The notes under the pieces were generated by a model. It saw only the letters and a list, made by a program, of their open reading frames with translations, did no database searches and was not told the origin of the DNA. Both the position numbers and the translations under genes were made by a program. This document shows, one piece after another, positions 19,522 to 28,294 of a DNA stretch of 64,000 nt. The first letter of the stretch is position 1, and each line of letters begins with the position of its first letter. This stretch comes from a virus: positions 32,001-96,000 of the IMG/VR virus record IMGVR_UViG_3300047489_000453; one strand, 5' to 3'.

Positions 19522-21009
19522 CTAACGCTTAGAGCCTATCTCTTTAAGCAAATTCAAGAACTTTTCATTAAGTTCTTGCTTCTTTTGTGCTGCTGCCATC
19601 AAGTATTCGTCAGTGGCAGGATCGCCTTCAGGTTTAAACCCTATTAGTCCTAGCAGCGATTTTAGCCTACTTGGAGCCGTTCTCGCCAGATATCTTTCTA
19701 TTTTTACTTTTCTCTCTTCAGGTGGAAGGTGCTCATGGCTGTCAAACCTTAAAGCTCTTCCTTCGCTTTGCGACCCTCTGCTGGTATTCCAGTGCGGGTC
19801 CAGTAGCTGCACTAGCTTTGTGCCTTTAAACGATAGCCCCTCTGTTCCGGCTGGGCCTAGCAGAGCCACCTTTAACTTATCAGCATTAAAATCATCTACT
19901 AGTTTTTTCCTTTCCTTGTCGCTTAACGCCCCTGTAAAGGAGGCGGCAGGTATACCAGCTTTATTTAATGCAGCCAGGTAAGGAGACAAGCCGGCGTCAA
20001 CAAAATTAGAAAATACTAACGCCTTGCCTCTTGGGTCTGTCTTAAGAAGGGTATTAAGCCTATTAAACGCCTCGTTTAGTTTTGGAGACTCTTTGAACGC
20101 CTTCATAGGGTCGGCATTATCTTTCATAAATGGAAGAGTGGATAAGCCTACTTGTCTTGGTCCTGTTAAAAAGCTTACTAACTTTTTTGACTCCTCATCT
20201 GTGAGAGGGTAGTTAAGTTGTAGCTTCCATTTAAGAAGAGTCGGCAGCTTTCCAAACAATTGATTATATAAATCTGTCTGGTCTCTGCTCATCTCTACTA
20301 TTACGTCTTCTCTGTTAATGTCAGCTCTTGGTTTTAAAGGAGCAAAGTAATCTACCTTACCTTTTAATGATTTTTTTAGCTCTTCCACGTTTTTTAATTC
20401 TGGGTCGTGGGCTTTTACATTTAGAAGCAGCTTATACCATGGGGCCTTTTCTGGTTTGCTTACGTACCTTTCAGAGAAGGCCTCAGGCGTCATTTCGCTA
20501 TCGGTAAGTACGTTATAAGGTACGGCAAAGTCGGCTGGGCTATTAACTATGGGGGTTCCAGTAAGAAGAACAGCTTGTCTAGCCTTCCTTGCTGCCTCTA
20601 AGAGATTCTTAGTCTGGGCTGACTCCATATTTCTAAATCTATGAGCCTCGTCTACTAATAAAGATTCGGGATGCTCTATAGGCTTGCCCATAGCCAGTCC
20701 CGTATGGCTCATTATTGATGACGGGGTAGCAGTTGCAGGATCTATAAATTTTTCCTGCTCTTTTTTAAGATTAGTTCTAAGAGCTGCCGGCACTATGGCC
20801 GTGTAAGGAATTTTAGTAGCATCAGCGGCCGCCAGACCGCTTAAAGTCTTGCCCGACCCAAGACTATGATAGAGCAGCATTCTAGCTCTATCTTTTTTAT
20901 CTATCTGTTCTTGAACCTTGTCTACAACGGCCTGCTGATGCGGCTGTAGATTTACGCCTTGAGCTAAGTCGGCCTGCTTACAAATTGTGGAGACGTCGAC
21001 ACTACTCAC
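19522..21009 (-). CDS. SF2 (SNF2/DEAH-like) helicase
   Basis: Q-motif LQPHQ, Walker A LGSGKT, DEAH, LTGTP, EGLSF, QSEGRALR. Confidence 0.9.
   Translation of the reverse strand: MSSVDVSTICKQADLAQGVNLQPHQQAVVDKVQEQIDKKDRARMLLYHSLGSGKTLSGLAAADATKIPYTAIVPAALRTNLKKEQEKFIDPATATPSSIMSHTGLAMGKPIEHPESLLVDEAHRFRNMESAQTKNLLEAARKARQAVLLTGTPIVNSPADFAVPYNVLTDSEMTPEAFSERYVSKPEKAPWYKLLLNVKAHDPELKNVEELKKSLKGKVDYFAPLKPRADINREDVIVEMSRDQTDLYNQLFGKLPTLLKWKLQLNYPLTDEESKKLVSFLTGPRQVGLSTLPFMKDNADPMKAFKESPKLNEAFNRLNTLLKTDPRGKALVFSNFVDAGLSPYLAALNKAGIPAASFTGALSDKERKKLVDDFNADKLKVALLGPAGTEGLSFKGTKLVQLLDPHWNTSRGSQSEGRALRFDSHEHLPPEERKVKIERYLARTAPSRLKSLLGLIGFKPEGDPATDEYLMAAAQKKQELNEKFLNLLKEIGSKR
20987..21002. repeat. Dispersed 16-bp palindrome copy
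   Basis: GTGGAGACGTCGACAC, 2 mismatches, at 5' end of the helicase CDS. Confidence 0.65.
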
Positions 21010-24000
21010 TTTCCTGTCTCCATTATCACGACTCTATCGTTAATATCTATGTCGCCAGATCTGTAAGCTCTTATAGCGTCAGCTTTGGTCTTAAAGTATT
21101 TCTCTGGTCTTTTTGAAGGAGCAGCGGATGCAGCGTATAGCCCGCCCTGATACTCGTTAGCTGGAAGCTGATGAACTTTAAATGACTTAGCTGCCATAAG
21201 GTTACGACTTGGCAACATCTTTTCCATCGCGTCTTTTACAGCCTCGTCCGTGCTTGGAACGTGATAGTTCATGGCATCGCCATCAAAGTCGGCATTAAAA
21301 CCTTTTACTATTATTGGAGACACCTGTAGCGTGCTACCTTTTACCAGCTTAGGCTTAAACGCCATTACACCATATCTGTGAAGAATAGGCGCCCTTGTCA
21401 CTATTACGGGCCTTGCGTCCATCTCGGCAACCATGGCGTCTCTGGCCATGTTGTCTTTCTTATCAATCATGTCGGCAGCTTTAAACCTATCAACGCCTCT
21501 ACGAATAAGACGCCTCATTATAAACGGTTTATATACTGACCAGGCTCTATCCTCTGGAAGGCCTACTTCGTCCATGTCCAGATCAGGGTTAGGAGTAATT
21601 GCCGCCCTTCCTACCATATCAACTTGAGAGCCTAAAAGTTTTCTTTGAACAACGCCAAACTTAGGATTATCTCCGAATACTTGCTTTAATATTCCTTTTA
21701 CGTTTTTCTTTTCAAGCTTTGGATTAACAGAATCTCCAAGGCCAGTTATAGCCTTAAATGAGTCATAAAGAGCTAGTCTGTGTTGAGACAAGTCAGAAAA
21801 TGACTTTGAAGCTTCTCTGAACTCATTATTAACGTCGATAAGTTCCTTGTATAGGTAGTTAGCATCTCCGACCATCGGTAGACCGTTGTTAGACATTATA
21901 CTTACAGGTCTAAACACTGGAGGCAAAACGGGTACTTTTGTAAGCATCCATTCTGATGGGTGTATCTTAAGGTTCTTAGCGCTCTTAAGATAACTAAGCT
22001 TTCTTACAGCGTCGTCCCTGTACGACTTTTTACCGGACGCAATTATAGCTCTGGCTTTGGCTATTTCTTGATCCACGTTCATGGATTTGAGCGCATTAGC
22101 TATGGCTGAGGGCCCAGAGGCACCTCCAAGCTGCTCTTTTCCAGCTAGTACGTCTCTAAATTTATTCTCAGTTAGACCTAGAACTCTTCTTATAGGGTCT
22201 TCCATAACAGGGTTAGGCATTGCCTCGTGAAGCTTTATATGGCTCCACATGTTGCCGCCATGCCCGCCTGTAAGAGATACGTCAAATAGACCGCCACCAG
22301 CAGGCTCAAGACCTTTGCCCCAGTCTACTGTATCTGATTTTTTGATTTCCCTATTTCCTGACAGGGAATCTATATCCTTGTCAGTAAGGGCCATAAGTTG
22401 TGTCTTAGTTCCACTTCTTACAGGGTTTATTCCAGACGCCTGGAGCTGAGCCATGAACTTTCTGTAAGTCAGTGGGACTCTAGGTATTGGAAGAGGTCCG
22501 CCTGTCATAAAGGACGCCCAGTAATCTTCGTTCTTCTGGCCCCTTATAGCGCCGGCATCCCTAAGTACTTCGTGAGCGCCGTGTGACAATAAAGCGTTAA
22601 CGTCCATTAATGATACGCGCTTGCTTCCTTCTTCACCGCCCTTGGCCGGAGTCTCTTCAGAGGTATATCCGCCGCTGCCTATACCTCTACCCTGGCCTTT
22701 AGACTCCGAGGTATGGTGTAGCTTTAAAAAGAACCTGTTTCCTGTGAATATGCCTTTTATTTTTCTTCCAGTCTCCGGGTCTTCAATATCTTCCTTGTCG
22801 CTCATGTTATTTTTTTTAAGTTCATTAAGAGCAAACTCGGTAAGATCCTGGATGTTTTCAAAATCTTTTACCGCGTACCTTTTTCCAGTCTTTGCAGCTA
22901 TCTTTCCTAGAGCAGCCTCAATCATCTGACTTGGGTTTGTTCTAGATATAACGCCAAGGGGATTAAGAAGAATGTCAAAAGGATTGCCCTCTGAATCTCT
23001 AGGCATTTTTGAATCTGGAATAACGGCGGATATAACTCCCTTATCGCCATATCTACCTGACAGCTTGTCGCCTTCTTTTGAACTGCTAAGGCTTTTTACA
23101 GTTACTGATACTCCCTTATTTGTCTTGGTAACATCTGTAACTACGCCATCGTTTTCGTGGTCCCAGGTAATAGATGCATTACTAAACCCAGTCTTTGACC
23201 TGCCTATCTGTTGATTGTGTGACCTTGAAAGAATTTTGGCCTGTAAAAATAAAGGGTCTCCCTTTCTTACTACAGTGCCTGGCTTTATGGCGCCGTCATC
23301 GTCCAGAGAGTCAACTACCTGTCTAGAATAGTCTGAAGGAAATAATGTTAGAAATCCTCTTTTGCCTTCTTTAGTTTCCTTGCCAAATTCAGCTTGGTGC
23401 TGATACATGTGCTCTGACGTTAATTTTTTAGCGGCGCTTTCAGATATAACTACAGCGTCTTCAAAGTTATAGCCTTTATAAGGAATGTAGGCGGTTCTAA
23501 GATTAATGCCCAGAGCAGCTGTACCTTTTTCATCGGTATAGTTTGACCTTGCTAACAGCCCGCCTTTTTTTACCATATCGCCAACTTTTACAGTTGGAGT
23601 GTTGTGTAAAAAGGTTTTTCTATTAAAAGGTAAATTGTTGTATATCTCTTGCTTGTAAAGCTTTCCGTCTGTTCCTCTAATTCTAACCTCGTCGTTGTCG
23701 GCATAAATTACTTGGCCATCAACATCAGAGTAGGCTGCGCCCATATGCTTGCCGTATTCCTCTTCATATGATTTATCCTCTTCGCCAAGCTTACCGGACT
23801 GCACAAGTGGGGCCTCTGGATTTTTCAGAGGCAGAGCCTGGGTAAGCATTCTTGAACCCATCACTACTCTTTGGCCAAATGTAGCGCTCTTAAGCGGAAC
23901 CATGTTGGCAAGGTGATTAAAGGCGCTGTCCATTCTAGGCAGTTCGAAGTCAACATCTTGTCTATCAACATATTTAATCTTACCGCCGGCCATAGCGGCT

Positions 24001-25457
24001 ACTTTAGTCTTTGATTTATCTATGAGCTGGTTTGGAAACGCTATTACTGACTGGGCCATCTCTTGCGGAGTTTTCCAAACTTCATCACCTGTTCTTACAT
24101 CTCTAAACTTAGAATAAACTTTTCCGTCTACGCCTTTGCGGGCGTTTGTAGCTATTCTGCTATCAATACCCACCTTAAGTGACTCTGGCGTAAGCAGAGG
24201 ATCTATGTAGCCAAAGTGAGATGGCTGAACGTTTCTAGCTTCTTCTGGAACAGCTTGCAAGGAAGGAATGCCGCCTTCGCCGAGACGACTTACTCTGGTG
24301 ATTTGATTTAATAAATCAGCTGGATTTACTTCTTCAAGAGGCTGGCCCAAGCCGCTTTTCATAATAGCGGAATTAACCTGTGAAGATAAAAATCCAGGAG
24401 CAAATGGCGATAAGTTTTGTTTAAAGCTGGCCTTCCACAGCAGAGGGCGCATAACTTTATAAGCAGCCCTAATTCTTTCAGTAAATAAATCTTCAGGGCC
24501 ATACAGATTCTGATAGGCCATGGCGTCTCTGTCGTCTGGATCTGCCTCTTTTCTATGCACAGCTAATATTCTTTTTGTGGCTGCCAACACTGAATCAACT
24601 GACAAGTTAGAGAAGCCTTTACCTAAAGTTGCAGCCGTAACTTCTGGATCAAGCTCCATTTTTGTCATGGCAGCTGCTACGGCTTTAGCTTTACTTTCTT
24701 CGGTCATGGCCTCGCCAGGCTGTAGTCTTCCTATCTTTTTGAAGATCTTGTCTAGGTATTGAGGATCATTTTTAACTGCGTTTGAAGCGTATATCTCATT
24801 TCCCCACGCTTCCCTAATCTGCTTATCGCTAGCGCCCATAGCTTTAAGAACTGGCATAAGAGGCACATTAGACTGGCCAAATGAAATATTAAACACGCCC
24901 TTTTCTGGGCTTAAAGAGTATCTATGAGATAGCCCCTTGCCAGGCATTACGTTTACGTGGCTTTCAACGTCGCCGCTATTTGTTATTCTTGTAAATACAC
25001 CCGGCCTTAGCCTCATCTGGTTAGCCAAGGTATACTCAGTGCCGTTTACTATATAAGTTCCTCTATCTGTTAGGTAGGGAATCTTAGCTATAGTTGTCCT
25101 CTTGCTTTCAAGCACCTTGCCCGTACTATTATCGATTAGATTTATTGTACCTTTGAGGCCGCGACTGAGAGTTTCGCCTTTTAATATGGCTTCTTTTTGA
25201 GTCTTTATAGGCTTTACCTCTTCAGGGTCGCCCCAGCCTACATCTGTAATTGATAGAGTGTGTCTCTGGTTACTGAGAGGCTGTAACGACGAGGCTGCTG
25301 TCTGAACTCCGTTAAATATTGCAGCTCTAGTAGCCTTTATGTCATCAAACCCTCTCATGGAAGGGGCTTGCATAGAAGGAACTAAGCCGACCATTTTATT
25401 GGCCGGCTTAGGAATGAGGCCGCTGCTATCTGGCTGATCGGGAAGTACGCCGGCCAT
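21006..25457 (-). CDS. rpoB: DNA-directed RNA polymerase beta subunit fused to N-terminal half of beta'
   Basis: beta motifs GTYIVNGTE, RVSRLGEGG, TPES, GYNFEDA, GDKLSGRYGDKGVIS, LKLHH; beta' motifs VPVLPPVFRP, LLGSQVDMVGRAAI, RAPILHR, catalytic NADFDGD. Confidence 0.95.
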   Translation of the reverse strand: MAGVLPDQPDSSGLIPKPANKMVGLVPSMQAPSMRGFDDIKATRAAIFNGVQTAASSLQPLSNQRHTLSITDVGWGDPEEVKPIKTQKEAILKGETLSRGLKGTINLIDNSTGKVLESKRTTIAKIPYLTDRGTYIVNGTEYTLANQMRLRPGVFTRITNSGDVESHVNVMPGKGLSHRYSLSPEKGVFNISFGQSNVPLMPVLKAMGASDKQIREAWGNEIYASNAVKNDPQYLDKIFKKIGRLQPGEAMTEESKAKAVAAAMTKMELDPEVTAATLGKGFSNLSVDSVLAATKRILAVHRKEADPDDRDAMAYQNLYGPEDLFTERIRAAYKVMRPLLWKASFKQNLSPFAPGFLSSQVNSAIMKSGLGQPLEEVNPADLLNQITRVSRLGEGGIPSLQAVPEEARNVQPSHFGYIDPLLTPESLKVGIDSRIATNARKGVDGKVYSKFRDVRTGDEVWKTPQEMAQSVIAFPNQLIDKSKTKVAAMAGGKIKYVDRQDVDFELPRMDSAFNHLANMVPLKSATFGQRVVMGSRMLTQALPLKNPEAPLVQSGKLGEEDKSYEEEYGKHMGAAYSDVDGQVIYADNDEVRIRGTDGKLYKQEIYNNLPFNRKTFLHNTPTVKVGDMVKKGGLLARSNYTDEKGTAALGINLRTAYIPYKGYNFEDAVVISESAAKKLTSEHMYQHQAEFGKETKEGKRGFLTLFPSDYSRQVVDSLDDDGAIKPGTVVRKGDPLFLQAKILSRSHNQQIGRSKTGFSNASITWDHENDGVVTDVTKTNKGVSVTVKSLSSSKEGDKLSGRYGDKGVISAVIPDSKMPRDSEGNPFDILLNPLGVISRTNPSQMIEAALGKIAAKTGKRYAVKDFENIQDLTEFALNELKKNNMSDKEDIEDPETGRKIKGIFTGNRFFLKLHHTSESKGQGRGIGSGGYTSEETPAKGGEEGSKRVSLMDVNALLSHGAHEVLRDAGAIRGQKNEDYWASFMTGGPLPIPRVPLTYRKFMAQLQASGINPVRSGTKTQLMALTDKDIDSLSGNREIKKSDTVDWGKGLEPAGGGLFDVSLTGGHGGNMWSHIKLHEAMPNPVMEDPIRRVLGLTENKFRDVLAGKEQLGGASGPSAIANALKSMNVDQEIAKARAIIASGKKSYRDDAVRKLSYLKSAKNLKIHPSEWMLTKVPVLPPVFRPVSIMSNNGLPMVGDANYLYKELIDVNNEFREASKSFSDLSQHRLALYDSFKAITGLGDSVNPKLEKKNVKGILKQVFGDNPKFGVVQRKLLGSQVDMVGRAAITPNPDLDMDEVGLPEDRAWSVYKPFIMRRLIRRGVDRFKAADMIDKKDNMARDAMVAEMDARPVIVTRAPILHRYGVMAFKPKLVKGSTLQVSPIIVKGFNADFDGDAMNYHVPSTDEAVKDAMEKMLPSRNLMAAKSFKVHQLPANEYQGGLYAASAAPSKRPEKYFKTKADAIRAYRSGDIDINDRVVIMETGK

Positions 25458-25459
25458 GC

Positions 25460-26560
25460 TTATCTCCCTAGATGTGCGATAGGATTATTATTTTCTTGTT
25501 TTTTAGCACTAGGAATAGGCGTAGGAGTGACGTAAATAGGAGACCCTTGCTCCTGCTGCCTTTGCAGAAACTCAGCTAAATACCTATTAGATTCGTACGG
25601 CTCTGTATCTTCTGCTTTAGCTCTTCTTAGACCATGGTATGTGCCTATTCCACCACCAATGAGCCCTAATGCCCCAGTCAAGCCTAAAGCGGCTCTTCCT
25701 TGTTGAGTACCTAGAAGAAAGTTATTAGTTCTGCCAGCTACGTCCATAAGAGCCTTAATCCCTTTAGACAGGCCTGTGCTAGCTAGGTCCCATGGCGACA
25801 TTCCATTTCTCGCTATATCATCTATTTCTTGCTGGCTCTTTCCGGCTAGGCCGAGCCGCCCAGCCCACCGTTCAAGCGTAGGAGCGCCTGCTAAAGGGTC
25901 ATTAGACACATCTACGACCCCTTTACCGCCAGCAGCTTTCTCTATGTACAATTCTGATAGTTCGTCTAAATCATTAATTATCTCTTCAGAGACGGAAGCA
26001 GCTTTTGCTCGAACGGCCTCAACTGGATTATTTAACTTACTGGCACTAGTCTCCACTAGAGTCTTATTAAACGCCTCTCTAGCTATGTCTTGGTCATCTT
26101 GTACGTCTTTTTTTCGTTTATTTTTTAAAAGTTGGCTTAAGGTCAAGTAGCTAAGTAGTCCTGGTCCGCCCATAGCAGTGACGACGCCAGGTAAAAAATA
26201 TGGATTAGTAAGATTCTTCCAGTCGTATAAGTTAGAGACTGGAGCAGATGCAGTGTCTCCTGCCTTCTTTTCATTTTTAGGTTTAACTTCGTAGTCTTCC
26301 CCTGGACTAAAGTCTCTTAATTTATCAGATCTTTTGTCTGGTTTTCTCCCCATTTCTTTGGAAAGGTCGACTCCTTCTGGCTCAGAATCCATTCCAACAA
26401 CAGGAAGATACGCAGAATACCCTAAAGATTCCGGTAAAACAGCTGGGGTGGACCCGCGCAGTAAATGCTTAATAGCAGGTATACTAGACCCTACTCCAAG
26501 AGATATAAGGCCAAGCTTTTTAAGATAATCCCACTGCTGCGGCGTATACATGTCAGACAT
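25460..26560 (-). CDS. Hypothetical protein with hydrophobic Gly-rich segments
   Basis: 366 aa; EKKAG/EKAAG motifs; ALGLTGALGLIGGGIG. Confidence 0.65.
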   Translation of the reverse strand: MSDMYTPQQWDYLKKLGLISLGVGSSIPAIKHLLRGSTPAVLPESLGYSAYLPVVGMDSEPEGVDLSKEMGRKPDKRSDKLRDFSPGEDYEVKPKNEKKAGDTASAPVSNLYDWKNLTNPYFLPGVVTAMGGPGLLSYLTLSQLLKNKRKKDVQDDQDIAREAFNKTLVETSASKLNNPVEAVRAKAASVSEEIINDLDELSELYIEKAAGGKGVVDVSNDPLAGAPTLERWAGRLGLAGKSQQEIDDIARNGMSPWDLASTGLSKGIKALMDVAGRTNNFLLGTQQGRAALGLTGALGLIGGGIGTYHGLRRAKAEDTEPYESNRYLAEFLQRQQEQGSPIYVTPTPIPSAKKQENNNPIAHLGR

Positions 26561-26568
26561 TAGATCAC

Positions 26569-26919
26569 CTATTTCCTATTAACAATTTGACCCTTAACTT
26601 CTGCCCATTCCATATGAACGGATATCGTTTTATTATCCTCTGATATTAGCTTGGTTCTATCAAGCTGAATACAGGCCTTATTGGCTATGAGGTCCCTAAC
26701 CTTAGTATACTCGTCAAGGTCCTCTTTCTTAGTTAAATCAAATATCCTTACCTTAACGTCCAACTGCAACGGAATATTTTCATACTCCTCTTGCGTCGTA
26801 TTAGGCGCCATAGGTCCGCCTAATATAGGATACCCCTGGGATGTAGTTCCTGTTTTCTGCCTGTACTTAACTCCAACTCCGCCCAGGCCAAATTGGTTAA
26901 GTATTCCTAATTCCCTCAT
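26569..26919 (-). CDS. Hypothetical protein
   Basis: 116 aa ORF in operon. Confidence 0.6.
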   Translation of the reverse strand: MRELGILNQFGLGGVGVKYRQKTGTTSQGYPILGGPMAPNTTQEEYENIPLQLDVKVRIFDLTKKEDLDEYTKVRDLIANKACIQLDRTKLISEDNKTISVHMEWAEVKGQIVNRK

Positions 26920-26933
26920 GTTTTAGCGTCTTT

Positions 26934-27842
26934 CTAATATCTGGTTATGCCGGATATATTCTTAGATCTTTCTTTTCTTCTTTTAGCTAGTTCCGTGTTC
27001 TTTTTGAGCATGTCAGCTTGTCTTTCATACTCTCTAGTCAGCTCTTCTTTTAGTATTTCATCCCTGTTTGGCAGGTTGGGCTTAGTTACATTATGGATCA
27101 TGGGGCCTAGTCCGTAGTAGCCAGCGGCGGTAGGGAGAGCTATAGCGCCTAGCCCGAAAAGACCGTACGCCTTTCCAAGAGTCTTTAAAACGTCAGCTCC
27201 AAACCCTATTAAGTCTGTAAGAGCTTTCTTTTCAAAAGAAGCTTTAACTTTTGCAGTATGAAGGGCTGTTTTAACTCTCTCAGAAATCTGGTCTATGCTA
27301 AGGCCGTCTTCAACACACTTAGCTAAAAAGGCTGCTTTAAACATTTGTTTTTCGTCCATAGCACTCCCCTGCTTACGAGAAAGCCCAGGCTGAGCTGTAG
27401 TCGTGCCCATTTGAGGCTGCCCGCCAGTCCTGGTTATAGTACCCTTGTTCAAATCAACAGTTGCTCCGCCTTGAACAGGCTTGATCTGTGCGCCTGACAT
27501 AGATGTCAAAGGAAGACCAGACAGGCCTCCAGTAGAAGCTCCTAACATATTTCCTACAAAGCTGCCGACATTAGTTGAGGCCGTTGTGGCTCTAGGGTCT
27601 ACGGTAGGCTTAAGCCTTCCTTGTGCAGCCATTTGCTTTACTGCCGGCAAAGGATACCTGTTAACAGCTTCCCTTAGGTTAGCTGGCTGCTGCATCCAAT
27701 TGGTGCCTTTTTGGTCGACTCCAAAGTTCTCTACCAAGTACTTTTGGGTGCTTGGATGAAGCTGGTTCCAGCTGCCTACCGGGTTAGTATTCCTAACTCC
27801 AGGAGATATATTAATTGATTCGTACGGGCCTGGTTGTGGCAT
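26934..27842 (-). CDS. Hypothetical protein with hydrophobic segment
   Basis: 302 aa; low-complexity N-half, then MDEKQMFKAAFL..EKKAL..GLFGLGAIALPTAAGYYG. Confidence 0.65.
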   Translation of the reverse strand: MPQPGPYESINISPGVRNTNPVGSWNQLHPSTQKYLVENFGVDQKGTNWMQQPANLREAVNRYPLPAVKQMAAQGRLKPTVDPRATTASTNVGSFVGNMLGASTGGLSGLPLTSMSGAQIKPVQGGATVDLNKGTITRTGGQPQMGTTTAQPGLSRKQGSAMDEKQMFKAAFLAKCVEDGLSIDQISERVKTALHTAKVKASFEKKALTDLIGFGADVLKTLGKAYGLFGLGAIALPTAAGYYGLGPMIHNVTKPNLPNRDEILKEELTREYERQADMLKKNTELAKRRKERSKNISGITRY

Positions 27843-27844
27843 GA

Positions 27845-28207
27845 TTACCCCAGAATAATACCTGACTTAGTGACACCTTTTACAGCGCCTGATGACCATA
27901 TTTTACGGTTATCGTGTGCAAGCTGCTCGGCCACCTTTGGGTCAGTAGGATCGCCTTGTTCTTTAGCTTCTTGAATGCAGAGCATGATGTCTCTGGCTGC
28001 TTCAATAAGCTTCTTCTTCTCATCCTGGTAGGTGGCCCTTGAAGCCTCTTCAAACAAGGCTTTGGCCCTAGGCCTCATAACAGAGGTAAGCTCTGCTTTT
28101 TGTGAGCCATCCCTTCCGTCATATATCTGCACAAACCCATCTTCTGCCCAGAATTCAATCTGGTTGTACTTGTAAATCTTCTTCGTATGAATCTGCGGCG
28201 CTTCCAT
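27845..28207 (-). CDS. Hypothetical protein
   Basis: 120 aa with GAAGGA RBS. Confidence 0.65.
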   Translation of the reverse strand: MEAPQIHTKKIYKYNQIEFWAEDGFVQIYDGRDGSQKAELTSVMRPRAKALFEEASRATYQDEKKKLIEAARDIMLCIQEAKEQGDPTDPKVAEQLAHDNRKIWSSGAVKGVTKSGIILG

Positions 28208-28294
28208 GACGGTCCTTCCAGGTTAATACTAACAATATTAATATAATGCAGCCACGCTGTCATCTGATCTTTTGACTAAGCATTATAATGTTTG

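Noticed and set aside
15680-25457. Cellular rpoB-rpoC operon (bacterial chromosome)
   Set aside because: No ribosomal-protein neighbours, reduced and divergent subunits, beta' split with unrelated genes in between, and capsid-module context.
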